Below, one piece after another: positions 1-9,132 of a stretch of 64,000 nucleotides of DNA. Under the pieces are notes generated by a model, which had not been told where the DNA came from, did no database searches, and worked only from the letters and a program-made list of their open reading frames with translations. The stretch covers positions 1,824,001-1,888,000 of the forward strand of contig OY969767.1 in the NCBI GenBank assembly GCA_963702895.1, written 5' to 3'. Position numbers and translations under genes: made by a program. Source of the stretch: an uncultured Elusimicrobia bacterium. GTDB lineage: Bacteria > Elusimicrobiota > Elusimicrobia > 2-01-FULL-59-12. Position 1 is the first letter of the stretch. The number at the start of each line of letters is the position of its first letter.

Positions 1-4
1 AGCG

Positions 5-259
5 TTAAATATCCCTGAGAACGTCCTTCGCGTTTTGCGCCAAAAAGAAGATGAGACCTGCCACGGCGATGGCGACAATCACTAAAATGGTCCAGTTGAA
101 TTCTGAGCTGGTCGCCTGCGCGATCGCATCGTATTTGGTGAGATTACCGCTGGCGATATTGTTCTCCCGCTCTTTCCACTTACTAAAAAACACACCGCAT
201 TTCGGGCATTCTTGATCGCTCTCGCTGACCATGGTCTGACACTGCGGGCAAGTTTCCAT
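5..259 (-). CDS. Small zinc-ribbon membrane protein
   Basis: CPQC...CPKC zinc-ribbon motif at the N-terminus and one hydrophobic C-terminal helix (WTILVIVAIAVAGLIFFLA). Confidence 0.7.
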   Translation of the reverse strand: METCPQCQTMVSESDQECPKCGVFFSKWKERENNIASGNLTKYDAIAQATSSEFNWTILVIVAIAVAGLIFFLAQNAKDVLRDI

Positions 260-298
260 GCCTAGAACTTACCAAACTTCGGCGCAGTTCGCAATCCT

Positions 299-1123
299 TC
301 AGACACGACGTCGCGCCTCGTCCAGCTCATGGACAACGGATTCAGGGACTGAAACGCACGCCAATGCGGAGCGCTGCGTCCTGGGCCCGTGAAAATCCGA
401 GCCCCCGGTCGCAATCAGCCGAAGATCTTGGGCCACCTCGAGGTAGCGTTTGATGAGCCCTGAGGAATGCTCTGGATAGTAGATTTCCACCCCCATGAGC
501 CCCAGCTGAGCCAGTCGCCCGAAGAGCTCAGGCGTCGTGTAATAGGAGGGATGCGCCAGGACGGGTATGCCTTTGGCGGACTTGATGAGACGGATGCATT
601 CCTCGGCGCTGGGCCCGGTGCCTGGGATATAAGCGGGTCCATCCTTCTTTAAGAAGCGCTCAAAGGCCTCTTTTCTCGTTTTGACATACCCTTTTTCGAC
701 CATGGCGTCCGCCAAGTGCGGCCGGCCGACCGCCCCTCCCGCCGCAAGCGCCCTCACACGCTCATCGTCGATGTCCATCCCCAGAGCCTTGACTTTTTCA
801 ATCATGGCCGCAATCCGGCCAAGACGATTCTCCCGCAGCTTGGCCAAGGCCGACTGCAAGGCACCATCGGAGACATCGATGAAATAACCCAGCAGGTGGC
901 AAGCCAGCTCGCCCTCGGCGCTCAATTCGATGCCTGGGATGATACGGATTTCAGGGTGTGAAGCCTCGAGCCCTGAAATCGCGCTCAGCCCTTCCGTGGA
1001 ATCATGGTCGGTGATGGCAAGCACCTTGATGTGGAGCTCAAGGGCTTTGGAAAAAAGGCCCTCGGGACGCAGGGTGCCGTCCGAGGCGGTGGTATGGGTG
1101 TGAAGGTCGATCGAGCTTGGCAA
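299..1123 (-). CDS. PHP-domain metallophosphoesterase (YciV/TrpH-like)
   Basis: DLHTHT-ASDG, AITDHD, GIELS, GRPHLA, LAHP and GGSDFHG PHP motifs. Confidence 0.92.
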   Translation of the reverse strand: MPSSIDLHTHTTASDGTLRPEGLFSKALELHIKVLAITDHDSTEGLSAISGLEASHPEIRIIPGIELSAEGELACHLLGYFIDVSDGALQSALAKLRENRLGRIAAMIEKVKALGMDIDDERVRALAAGGAVGRPHLADAMVEKGYVKTRKEAFERFLKKDGPAYIPGTGPSAEECIRLIKSAKGIPVLAHPSYYTTPELFGRLAQLGLMGVEIYYPEHSSGLIKRYLEVAQDLRLIATGGSDFHGPRTQRSALACVSVPESVVHELDEARRRV

Positions 1124-1135
1124 TCGGGAAAGGGG

Positions 1136-1687
1136 CTACTCTACGGACACAGAAGGGGTCTCGTTACGGGACTGGCAACCGATGCAGTACCGAGCCCAGG
1201 GCATGACTTCCAGACGCAATCGAGGAATGGCCTTCTGACAGGATTCGCAGCGGCCATAAACACCCTTCTCAATTTTTCGAAGCGCGGCCTCGACGCGATC
1301 CAGGGTCTGCTTTTCCGAATCCGCGATATCGAAGAGCAGCTCTTTTTCAACGGAACGCGTCGCGATGTCCGCCTCATCGCCAATTTCCGGCTCTTCCTGC
1401 TGAAACTCCTGTTCGGCCTTCTTCCGATGGACGATTTCGGAGAGTTCTTCTTGCTTTTCCAAGAGCATGTCGCGAAATTTTTGGATCTCGGAGGAAGAAA
1501 GGGGTCTTTCTTCGACCGCGCGCTCACGCCTGGGCGTCGGGGCCTTTTTGGTGATGATAATCAAGGGCTTTGCTTTCTTGCGCGCGGAAGCGCGTTTCTT
1601 TTTCGACGCCTTCACCCGTTTCGCTTTCGGCCGCGAAGATGATTTTGCCTTGTGGACGCGCCGGGTCTTCACTTTTTTCTTTTTCAT
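1136..1687 (-). CDS. dksA: TraR/DksA family C4 zinc-finger regulator with a Lys/Arg-rich N-terminal tail
   Basis: DEADIA (DxxDxA) coiled-coil tip and YGRCESC...RL...PWARYCIGC zinc finger; start placed at ATG 1687 (MKKKK). Confidence 0.85.
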   Translation of the reverse strand: MKKKKVKTRRVHKAKSSSRPKAKRVKASKKKRASARKKAKPLIIITKKAPTPRRERAVEERPLSSSEIQKFRDMLLEKQEELSEIVHRKKAEQEFQQEEPEIGDEADIATRSVEKELLFDIADSEKQTLDRVEAALRKIEKGVYGRCESCQKAIPRLRLEVMPWARYCIGCQSRNETPSVSVE

Positions 1688-1737
1688 GAGGTGATAAATT
1701 ACACGATTGCCAAGGCGGAAGTCAACCACTCTTTCAT

Positions 1738-3195
1738 TTAGCGGGTGGCGACCACTTTGATTGTGCGAAGTTCCTCGGTTTCTTGGCCGCTGATTCGGAT
1801 GTCCTTTCCAGCCAAATCCATAATAAATTCGACGATTTCCTGGGTGATGCGCTCGCCCGGGATCAGCACGGGGATCCCTGGCGGGTAAGGCGTGAGGGTC
1901 TGCGCGCAGATATGACCTGCGGCGCGCGACAAAGGAACGCGCTTGGTGCGCTGCGCGAGAAAAACGTCCCGCGGCGTCATCGCCATTTCGGTCGAAAGGG
2001 AGGGAAGCTGCAAGACCCAGTTTTTCTCATGCCCTGGTTCTTTTTTGTCCAGATCTTCCAGGGCCGCGATCAAGCGTTCGACGTCCTTGCGGGTCGTGCC
2101 AACCCCCATGATGGCGATGAGATTAAAAATGTCCGCGCAATCGACCTGGATCCCATATTCCTTGGCGAGGATCTCTTCGACATCATGACCGGCGAGGCCC
2201 GTCCGGGTCACATTGATAGAGAGCTTGGTGACATCCAGGTCGTAGCCCTTGGCTCGGATTTCCCCTTGCGTGATGCAATAGAAGCGCTGCAGGCGGTTAA
2301 TTCGCTCGCGCGCGTCTTCCGCCAGGCGCATGATGCGCGAGAAGATTTTTTTGCCTTGAAAGAACACCTGCCGGCGCGCTGCGTCCAGCGAAGCCATGAT
2401 GAAATAGTTGGGACTGGTGGTCTGGAGGAGCGAAAGAATCTTGCGGACCCGGCTGATATCGACTTGGTCCGAATTCACATGCAGCACGGACCCCTGGGAG
2501 AGGGCCGAAAGTATTTTGTGCGTGGATTGCACGCAAAGATCAGCCCCCGCCTCGATGGCCGAGATGGGCAGGTCGGGATGGAATTTCAGGTGGGGCCCAT
2601 GGGCCTCATCCACCAACAAGAGCTTCCCGCGCGCGTGGCAGAGCTCGGCGATTTTCTTCAGGTCGGTTGTAATACCGTGATAGGTCGGGCTGGTGACAAA
2701 CACAGCCTTGGCTTCGGGGAACTGCTGGAGGGCCTGTTCAATCTGCGCGGCGTCCGAATCAAAGATCACGTCCAAATGCTGGTCGATCTTGGGCTGGATC
2801 CAGATGGGCCACACCCCCGACATAATGATGCCCGAGAGCGTTGACTTATGAGCGTTGCGAGAGACAATAACAGAATCCCCCGGAAGGCAGCCGGCCATGA
2901 GCATGGCCATGTTGCCGACGGAGGAGCCGTTCACAAGGAATTGGGAGTACTTGACGCCGTAGGCGGCCGCCATGAGTTGCTGGGCTTTTTTGATGGGCCC
3001 CACAGGATCGTGCAGGGAATCCACCTCAGGAAAAACGGTGACGTCGAGCTTGTAGACATTTCGGCCGGTGAAACTTCTTAAACGCTTGTCGATGCCTTGG
3101 CCGTTCTTATGCCCCGGCGTATGAAAGGACGTCACCCCGCGGCGCGCGCGGGCCAGCAAAATGTCCATGAGGGGCGTGCGTTCCTGGTTTTTCAT
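1738..3195 (-). CDS. PLP-dependent Orn/Lys/Arg decarboxylase (AAT fold, Bacillus SpeA/YaaO-like)
   Basis: FHTPGHKNG, FLVNGSS, RNAHKS, VDEAHG, QSTHK (PLP lysine), TTSPNY, PYPPGIP; start is 3195 or 3222. Confidence 0.9.
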   Translation of the reverse strand: MKNQERTPLMDILLARARRGVTSFHTPGHKNGQGIDKRLRSFTGRNVYKLDVTVFPEVDSLHDPVGPIKKAQQLMAAAYGVKYSQFLVNGSSVGNMAMLMAGCLPGDSVIVSRNAHKSTLSGIIMSGVWPIWIQPKIDQHLDVIFDSDAAQIEQALQQFPEAKAVFVTSPTYHGITTDLKKIAELCHARGKLLLVDEAHGPHLKFHPDLPISAIEAGADLCVQSTHKILSALSQGSVLHVNSDQVDISRVRKILSLLQTTSPNYFIMASLDAARRQVFFQGKKIFSRIMRLAEDARERINRLQRFYCITQGEIRAKGYDLDVTKLSINVTRTGLAGHDVEEILAKEYGIQVDCADIFNLIAIMGVGTTRKDVERLIAALEDLDKKEPGHEKNWVLQLPSLSTEMAMTPRDVFLAQRTKRVPLSRAAGHICAQTLTPYPPGIPVLIPGERITQEIVEFIMDLAGKDIRISGQETEELRTIKVVATR

Positions 3196-3353
3196 TTTCC
3201 TCTCGGCAAGTGAGGTCTTCACAAGGCTTCCCTCCGCCTGTCCCTCATCACGCCCCAGCGATCGGGCGGGTGCTTTCGGGCCGAAGCGAATCTAACGAAG
3301 GGACATCATACTTTTCCACGGACCGCATGGCGTAAGTTTTTGTGGGAGCCGAT

Positions 3354-3852
3354 GCAGGAAATCTTTAGGGGCCCTTGCCGTGGGGGAGGGAGGCGACTCA
3401 CTCCGGCGCTCCCGGACACCCCGGCTGGGTGGATCGCGCAGCCTGCGGAACTCGCCTCTTCCCTGTACATCAAAGGTCGAGGCTCAACCATCCTCGGCTG
3501 GACGCGCTCACCACCCGGCCGCCGTCCGCGAGTCGTTCGCTGCCTCCCTCCCCCACGGCAAGAGATTTTAATGCTATCAAGATGGAGTTGCACCTCTTCC
3601 CCTGGAGCGGGAGCCTGGCAAGCGACTCGAAATTTCAAGCGTTTTGGCGAGGGCGAGTCCAGCCGAGGACTGTTTGAGGACCCACCGCTGCCCTTGTGGG
3701 AGAGGGTCCGAGTTCCGCAGGCTGCCCGAAGCCAAAACGCTGCCCCTCCGTGACCCTGCAGGGCTTGGGCCATGGAGGGGGAAATTTCGCTGGAGCGAGC
3801 AGGCTCCTGCTCCAGGGAAAGAGGAGAAAACCTACCCTCAAAGATTTCCTGC
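3354..3852. repeat. Nested palindromic element (MITE-like or structured-RNA-like) made of two related units in opposite orientation
   Basis: 13-bp terminal inverted repeats at 3354-3366/3840-3852; perfect 21-bp IR at 3374-3394/3542-3562; 25-bp IR with 2 mismatches at 3593-3617/3800-3824; shared core GCAGCCTGCGGAACTCG...TCCTCGGCTGGAC. Confidence 0.7.
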
Positions 3853-3873
3853 TACTTGTAAGAGCGCTTGTCT

Positions 3874-5859
3874 TTACCCCCAGAGCCGCAAGGAAGCGCC
3901 GCCAAAATACGTGCGTCCTGGCAGTGGATACCCCGAACGCTCGTGGTAGCGCTTGTCGGTGATGTTGTTGACGCCAAGATAGAACTCCAGCTGCCTCACT
4001 TGATAACCCAAACGCATGTCCCAGAGGAAGTGGTCTTCCAGTTTGTCGCCGCTTTCATCGTTTCCTTCGTAGCTGGCCGAGACATAACGAAGGTTGTTAT
4101 CCACCGTCCAATGCGAGTCGGGCTTCCAGGTGAGGAGGTCGTTGACCGTGTGATGAGGGCTCAAGCGAAGCGTCACGTAATCCTCGTACCCTTGGGGGAT
4201 GCCTTGATTGTCCAGATAGGTGTAGTTGACGCTATGCCGAAGGCCTGGCCCGGCGAAGTGAGCCACCTCAAATTCACCCCCCTGGCGTCTGGCGGTGCCG
4301 ACATTGACCGTCGTGTACGTCGGGCCTATGGTTGTCTGAATGAGATCGGTGACGTTCGCCCGGAAATAGGTCACTTTGACGCTCGCGGAATCTTCATGCA
4401 GCTCGAACCCCGCGTCGTAGGTCCAGGCTTCCTCTGGATTTAGGTTGGGGTTGCCTTGATAACTGAACCCATATCCAAAATCCGTGAAGGGCGTGTACAA
4501 ATCGTCGATGGTGGGCGCGCGGAAGGATTGGGCCGCGGAACCAGAAAGACGGAGCCAGGGGGTCGCATCGGCGATGGCAAGGAGGCGCGGGCTGGTGGAC
4601 TCCCCCGCCTGACTATGATGATCGTAGCGGAGGCTGGGGATCAAGGTGAGTTTCTTCCATGGCAGGGTGTCTTGGAGAAATACCCCCCAATTCTCGACCG
4701 AGGCGATAAAATTATTGGCAGGCGTCGTGTGGTCCTGGCTGTCCAACCGATCGCGGATAAAAGTACCTCCCACCATGAAGCCCATGGGCAAATCCACCTG
4801 AAGCTCGCCGCCCTTGCTTTGCTCATCACGGTCCGTATCAATGGAATAGTCGGGGTCCTTGTAGGCGACCTCGCGCTCGGAGCCGAAGAGTCGCAAGGCC
4901 GCCAAGCTGTTCATGGGGAGCGGCAGGAGATACGAGGTTCTCAGGTATCGCGAGTCCGTGATTTGTCGCGCGTTGGGGCTGGCGGCTTGTTTCTCCGTTT
5001 CGCCGTCATATTGATTGACCGGAAGATCGGGATAGATTTGGCCCGGGGAGCCCGCGTTGTTGTGATAGGAGGCGACATCAAGGAGGACTTTGCCGCCCTT
5101 GCCCATGGAGAACCCCGCGTTTCCTCCTAGATTGAAGGCTTTCGCGTCCGAATTATCGCGGAATCCGCTTTCCCGCTGCTGATTTCCGAAGAAGTAATAA
5201 TCCAGCGGGCCGATACGGGAACCGGCGTTGAGTCGATAGACGTCCCCGCCGAAGGAGCGGAGCTCATATCCAAAATGGGCGATCGGAAAACCCACGTGCG
5301 TCGAACGTTTGGAAATGACGTTGATCACGCCCCCCACGGCATTGGGTCCGTACAAGGCGGAGGCCCCGCCACGCACTATTTCAATCCGGTCGATCTGCTC
5401 GAGGGGTATTTCCGAGAGGTCCTGGCTCCCGCTTAAGCCCACGCCGCCGACAGGTCGACCGTCGAGAAGAACGAGGGTTTGATTGCTGGTCGCGCCGCGA
5501 ATCCCGGCGAGCCGGAAGGACCCCAGCCCGCCCTGATCTTTGAGTTGGACGCTGGTTTGCCGCGTGATGGCGTCCCCCGCGTTTTGAGCGTCGAAGCCGC
5601 GGAAGAGCTCGGGTGTTACGGTCGCCGCGTAGCTCGGCAAGGCTTCGCGGCCATAGGAACTTCGGGTGAGCGTGAGAAACACACCGGCCGATGAGGCATC
5701 GGTCATGGCTTGGGGGGCCTGCACCGAAACGGACTCTCCGGTGAGCGCGGCGCTCGTGGAGAGCACGGGCGCCTCTTCCGCACAGACGGACGAAGCGCAG
5801 GCCAGGAGGAAAAGCGCCACACGTATGCCTTCAGGAAAGGCGCGCTGAGGGTGGTTCAT
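3874..5859 (-). CDS. btuB: TonB-dependent receptor, vitamin B12 transporter BtuB-like
   Basis: Plug motifs (IRGATSNQTLVLLDGRP; IDRIEIVRGGASALYGPNAVGGVINVI), GNPNLNPE, C-terminal PGRTYFGG; preceded by a cobalamin riboswitch. Confidence 0.88.
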   Translation of the reverse strand: MNHPQRAFPEGIRVALFLLACASSVCAEEAPVLSTSAALTGESVSVQAPQAMTDASSAGVFLTLTRSSYGREALPSYAATVTPELFRGFDAQNAGDAITRQTSVQLKDQGGLGSFRLAGIRGATSNQTLVLLDGRPVGGVGLSGSQDLSEIPLEQIDRIEIVRGGASALYGPNAVGGVINVISKRSTHVGFPIAHFGYELRSFGGDVYRLNAGSRIGPLDYYFFGNQQRESGFRDNSDAKAFNLGGNAGFSMGKGGKVLLDVASYHNNAGSPGQIYPDLPVNQYDGETEKQAASPNARQITDSRYLRTSYLLPLPMNSLAALRLFGSEREVAYKDPDYSIDTDRDEQSKGGELQVDLPMGFMVGGTFIRDRLDSQDHTTPANNFIASVENWGVFLQDTLPWKKLTLIPSLRYDHHSQAGESTSPRLLAIADATPWLRLSGSAAQSFRAPTIDDLYTPFTDFGYGFSYQGNPNLNPEEAWTYDAGFELHEDSASVKVTYFRANVTDLIQTTIGPTYTTVNVGTARRQGGEFEVAHFAGPGLRHSVNYTYLDNQGIPQGYEDYVTLRLSPHHTVNDLLTWKPDSHWTVDNNLRYVSASYEGNDESGDKLEDHFLWDMRLGYQVRQLEFYLGVNNITDKRYHERSGYPLPGRTYFGGASLRLWG

Positions 5860-5944
5860 GATGAGGTCCTTTCTCAAAATCGTTACGAATAAAAAATCCC
5901 ATTCCAACGCGTAAGAGGAATGGGACGCACCCTTCATGGACATA

Positions 5945-6112
5945 CGAAGCAAGTCCGGTCCACCCAACCTTCCCGCGAAGGCCCTTACGTTATGGTGATC
6001 CATAGTAGATCGGGCTTTTACCGTTGCGGGGCAGTCCCGGAATTCCACCGGAGTTCCATATCCGCCATGAGTCGGGCGGACGAGCCCTCTCTCTCAACAA
6101 GAAGGCACTATG
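5945..6112 (-). promoter_or_regulatory. Cobalamin riboswitch
   Basis: Minus strand reads GGAACTCCGGTGGAATTCCGGGACTGCCCCGCAACGGTAA...GGGAAG, the conserved B12-element core, directly upstream of btuB; boundaries approximate. Confidence 0.85.
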
Positions 6113-6191
6113 GATCACAAATAAAGAACTGGCTGGATTATACCCTTGCGTTGACTTAACGTGTCAACCTGAAATTTGTAAAATGCAGCCT

Positions 6192-6710
6192 ATGAATACA
6201 AAAACGATTTCTCTTGTTGGGCTCATACTCTTGGCCGCTGTCCTTCGCCTGCTGCCTCACCCGTGGAATTTTTCACCCATCGCCGCGATGGCGCTCTTGG
6301 GAGGCGCGTCTTTGCGGACCCGAAGCGGTGCGCTGCTCGTCCCCCTGGCGGCTCTTTTCTTGAGTGATTGGGTCCTGGGCTTCTATCCCACGATGTTCGT
6401 CACTTACGCGGCCTTCGCCGCCGTGGTCATGATCGGAAGGCTCCTGAGCGACCAAGCCAAGGCGCCCAAGATTTTCCTCGCCTCCATGGCCGGCTCCATC
6501 ACTTTTTATGTGCTCAGCAATTTCGGAGTCTGGCTCTGGGATGGGCTCTATCCCCTGAACACGCAGGGCCTCGTCGCCTGCTACACCGCGGCGCTGCCCT
6601 TTTTCCAGGGGACGCTGGCTGGCGATCTGTTTTATGCCGCCGTGCTTTTTGGCGCGTTTCGTTTCGCGCAGGCCCGCTTCCCCGCCCTCCAACAGGCCTC
6701 GTCCATTTAG
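6192..6710 (+). CDS. BtuM-like (DUF6580) solitary S-component, putative cobalamin inner-membrane transporter
   Basis: RLLPHPWNFSPIAAMAL, LFLSD, SNFGVW, Y...LPFF..TL.GDL motifs; about 6 TM helices; divergent from btuB. Confidence 0.78.
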   Translation: MNTKTISLVGLILLAAVLRLLPHPWNFSPIAAMALLGGASLRTRSGALLVPLAALFLSDWVLGFYPTMFVTYAAFAAVVMIGRLLSDQAKAPKIFLASMAGSITFYVLSNFGVWLWDGLYPLNTQGLVACYTAALPFFQGTLAGDLFYAAVLFGAFRFAQARFPALQQASSI

Positions 6711-6722
6711 CACCCAATTTCG

Positions 6723-7874
6723 GTGATCGCCACGGAACCCTCCATCCAGGATTTTATTCTCCAAAATGAGCCGCGCCTGAGCACCCCCTACTACCTGCTG
6801 GACGAAGCACGACTGCGCCTGAATATGGAGAAGATCGCGCTGGTGCGTGAGCTCTCCGGCGCGAAATCCGTTCTGGCCCTGAAGTGCTTTTCGACTTGGG
6901 CGGCGTTCCCCCTCATGCGGCCCTACCTGGATGGCACGACCTCGAGCTCGCTCTTTGAGGCCCGCCTCGGTCATGAAAAATTCGGGAAGGAAGTCCACGC
7001 GTACAGCGTCGCCTTTCGTGAAGAGGAAGTGAAGGCGCTCCGGCCTTTTGCGACCAAGATCATTTTCAACTCCGTGTCCCAGCTGAAGCGTCTTTCCCCC
7101 CATGCCGCGGGTCTTCCCCTGGGCCTGCGGGTGAACCCCGGGGTGAGTTATTCTCATTTTGATTTGGCCGATCCCGCCCGAAAATGTTCCCGGCTAGGCG
7201 CCACGGACCCCGCGGAAATAGAAAGCGTCCTCGGCCAGATTTCGGGTGTGATGTTTCACTGCCATTGCGAAAACGATGACTTTGAAAAGTTCTGCCAGAT
7301 CCTCGAGCACATCGAGAAAACGCAGGCGCGCGTCCTCCAGAAAGTCCGCTGGGTGAGCCTCGGCGGCGGGATCTATTTTACGAAGGAAGGCTATCCGCTG
7401 GAGGCTTTTGCCCGGCGCCTGGCGGATTTCGCGAAGCGCTTCGACGTGCAAGTGTATCTCGAGCCCGGTGAAAGCGCGGTCACCCGCGCGGGGTTTCTCG
7501 TGACGCGGGTCCTCGACATCGTCCACAATGAAATGGACATCGCTATTGTGGACGCGGCCGTGGAAACCCATATGCTCGATCTTTTGATTTACAGGACGGA
7601 TGCTAAAATAGAACTTCCTGAAAATGGCCGGCATCGCTACATGATCGCCGGCCGCACGTGCCTTGCGGGAGACATCTTCGGAACATACAATTTCCCGGAA
7701 GCCCTGCGCGTGGGAAGCCTGGTCACGCTCTCAGACGCAGCCGGCTACACGATGGTGAAAAAGAACTGGTTTAACGGGGTCCCCATGCCCTCCATTGTCA
7801 TGAGGCGCTTGGATGGTCGCGCGGAGGTCGTCAAGACATTTACGTACGACGACTACCTCCGCACTTTATCCTAA
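6723..7874 (+). CDS. nspC: Carboxynorspermidine/carboxyspermidine decarboxylase
   Basis: TPYYLLDE, LALKCFS, SSLFEARLG, GLRVNP, SRLG, LGGG, LEPGE, TCLAGD, YTMVKKNWFNG. Confidence 0.93.
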   Translation: MIATEPSIQDFILQNEPRLSTPYYLLDEARLRLNMEKIALVRELSGAKSVLALKCFSTWAAFPLMRPYLDGTTSSSLFEARLGHEKFGKEVHAYSVAFREEEVKALRPFATKIIFNSVSQLKRLSPHAAGLPLGLRVNPGVSYSHFDLADPARKCSRLGATDPAEIESVLGQISGVMFHCHCENDDFEKFCQILEHIEKTQARVLQKVRWVSLGGGIYFTKEGYPLEAFARRLADFAKRFDVQVYLEPGESAVTRAGFLVTRVLDIVHNEMDIAIVDAAVETHMLDLLIYRTDAKIELPENGRHRYMIAGRTCLAGDIFGTYNFPEALRVGSLVTLSDAAGYTMVKKNWFNGVPMPSIVMRRLDGRAEVVKTFTYDDYLRTLS

Positions 7875-7894
7875 GGACGGGAGACAACAGCATC

Positions 7895-9130
7895 ATGAAA
7901 AAGAACGTACTGATTGTCGGAGCAGGCGGCGTCGCGCATGTGGCGGCCCATAAATGCGCGATGCACAACGATGTCCTCGGCGACATCTGCATCGCCTCGC
8001 GCAAAATCGATAAATGCGAGGCCATCCTCGAGAGCATCAAGCGCAAAGGCAATCTCAAGCTCAAGTCCAAGAAACTTTACGCTCGCCAGGTGGACGCGAT
8101 GGATGTGCCAGCCTTGGTCCGACTGATCCAAGACACCCGTTCCGAGATCGTCATCAATCTCGGAACGGCCTACATCAACATGTCCGTCCTGGAAGCCTGT
8201 ATCAACGCGGGCGTCGCCTACCTGGACACCGCCATCCACGAGGACCCCACGAAAGTCTGCGAGGACCCGCCGTGGTACGGCAACTACGAGTGGAAGCGCC
8301 GAAGCCGCTGCAAAGCCAAAGGCATCAACGCCATCCTGGGGATTGGGTTTGATCCCGGCGTGGTGAACGCCTACGCGGCGCTTGCGGCCAAAAAATATTT
8401 CGACAAGATCGACACGATTGACATCATGGACGTGAACGCCGGTTCGCATGGGAAGTTTTTCGCGACCAACTTCGACCCCGAGATCAACTTTCGCGAGTTT
8501 AAGAAGGTCTGGACCTGGATTGACCGCAAATGGGTCAGCCGGCCTGTTCACGCGGACAAGTGGACGTGGGATTTCCCGGTGGTCGGTAAGCAGACGGTCT
8601 ACCTCACGGGGCACGACGAGCTGCATTCGCTTTCCAAGAACATCGATGCGCAAAGCATCCGGTTTTGGATGGGCTTTAGCGAGCATTACATCAGCGTCTT
8701 TAATGTCCTCAAAAACGTGGGGATGCTCTCGGAAAAGCCCGTGCGCACCGCCGAAGGCGTCGACGTGATCCCCTTGAAGGTCCTCAAAGCCGTCCTGCCG
8801 GATCCCTTGTCCCTGGCGCCCAACTATAAGGGATTTACCTGCATCGGCAATCTCACGAAGGGCAAGAAAGACGGAGAGTACAGGGAGAACTTCATTTACA
8901 ACACCTGCGACCATGCCGCCTGCTACAAGGAAGTCGAATCCCAGGCCATTTGCTACACCGCAGGCGTCCCACCCGTGGCCGCGGCGATCCTGGTCGCCAA
9001 AGGGACCTGGAACCCCAAAACGATGGTCAATGTCGAGGAGTTGGAACCCGAGCCGCTCTTGAAGTTGTTGGATGGGATGGGACTTCCGACGAAAGTGCTC
9101 GACAAGACGCCCGCCGCCCAGCCGGCTTAA
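7895..9130 (+). CDS. Carboxynorspermidine/carboxyspermidine dehydrogenase (saccharopine dehydrogenase family)
   Basis: GAGGV Rossmann motif, YLDTA, GFDPG, FATNFDPEINFRE, HDELHSL; adjacent to nspC. Confidence 0.92.
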   Translation: MKKNVLIVGAGGVAHVAAHKCAMHNDVLGDICIASRKIDKCEAILESIKRKGNLKLKSKKLYARQVDAMDVPALVRLIQDTRSEIVINLGTAYINMSVLEACINAGVAYLDTAIHEDPTKVCEDPPWYGNYEWKRRSRCKAKGINAILGIGFDPGVVNAYAALAAKKYFDKIDTIDIMDVNAGSHGKFFATNFDPEINFREFKKVWTWIDRKWVSRPVHADKWTWDFPVVGKQTVYLTGHDELHSLSKNIDAQSIRFWMGFSEHYISVFNVLKNVGMLSEKPVRTAEGVDVIPLKVLKAVLPDPLSLAPNYKGFTCIGNLTKGKKDGEYRENFIYNTCDHAACYKEVESQAICYTAGVPPVAAAILVAKGTWNPKTMVNVEELEPEPLLKLLDGMGLPTKVLDKTPAAQPA

Positions 9131-9132
9131 AC

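Noticed and set aside
3306..3962. Short ORFs between the decarboxylase and btuB
   Set aside because: They overlap the palindromic element and show no protein-like features
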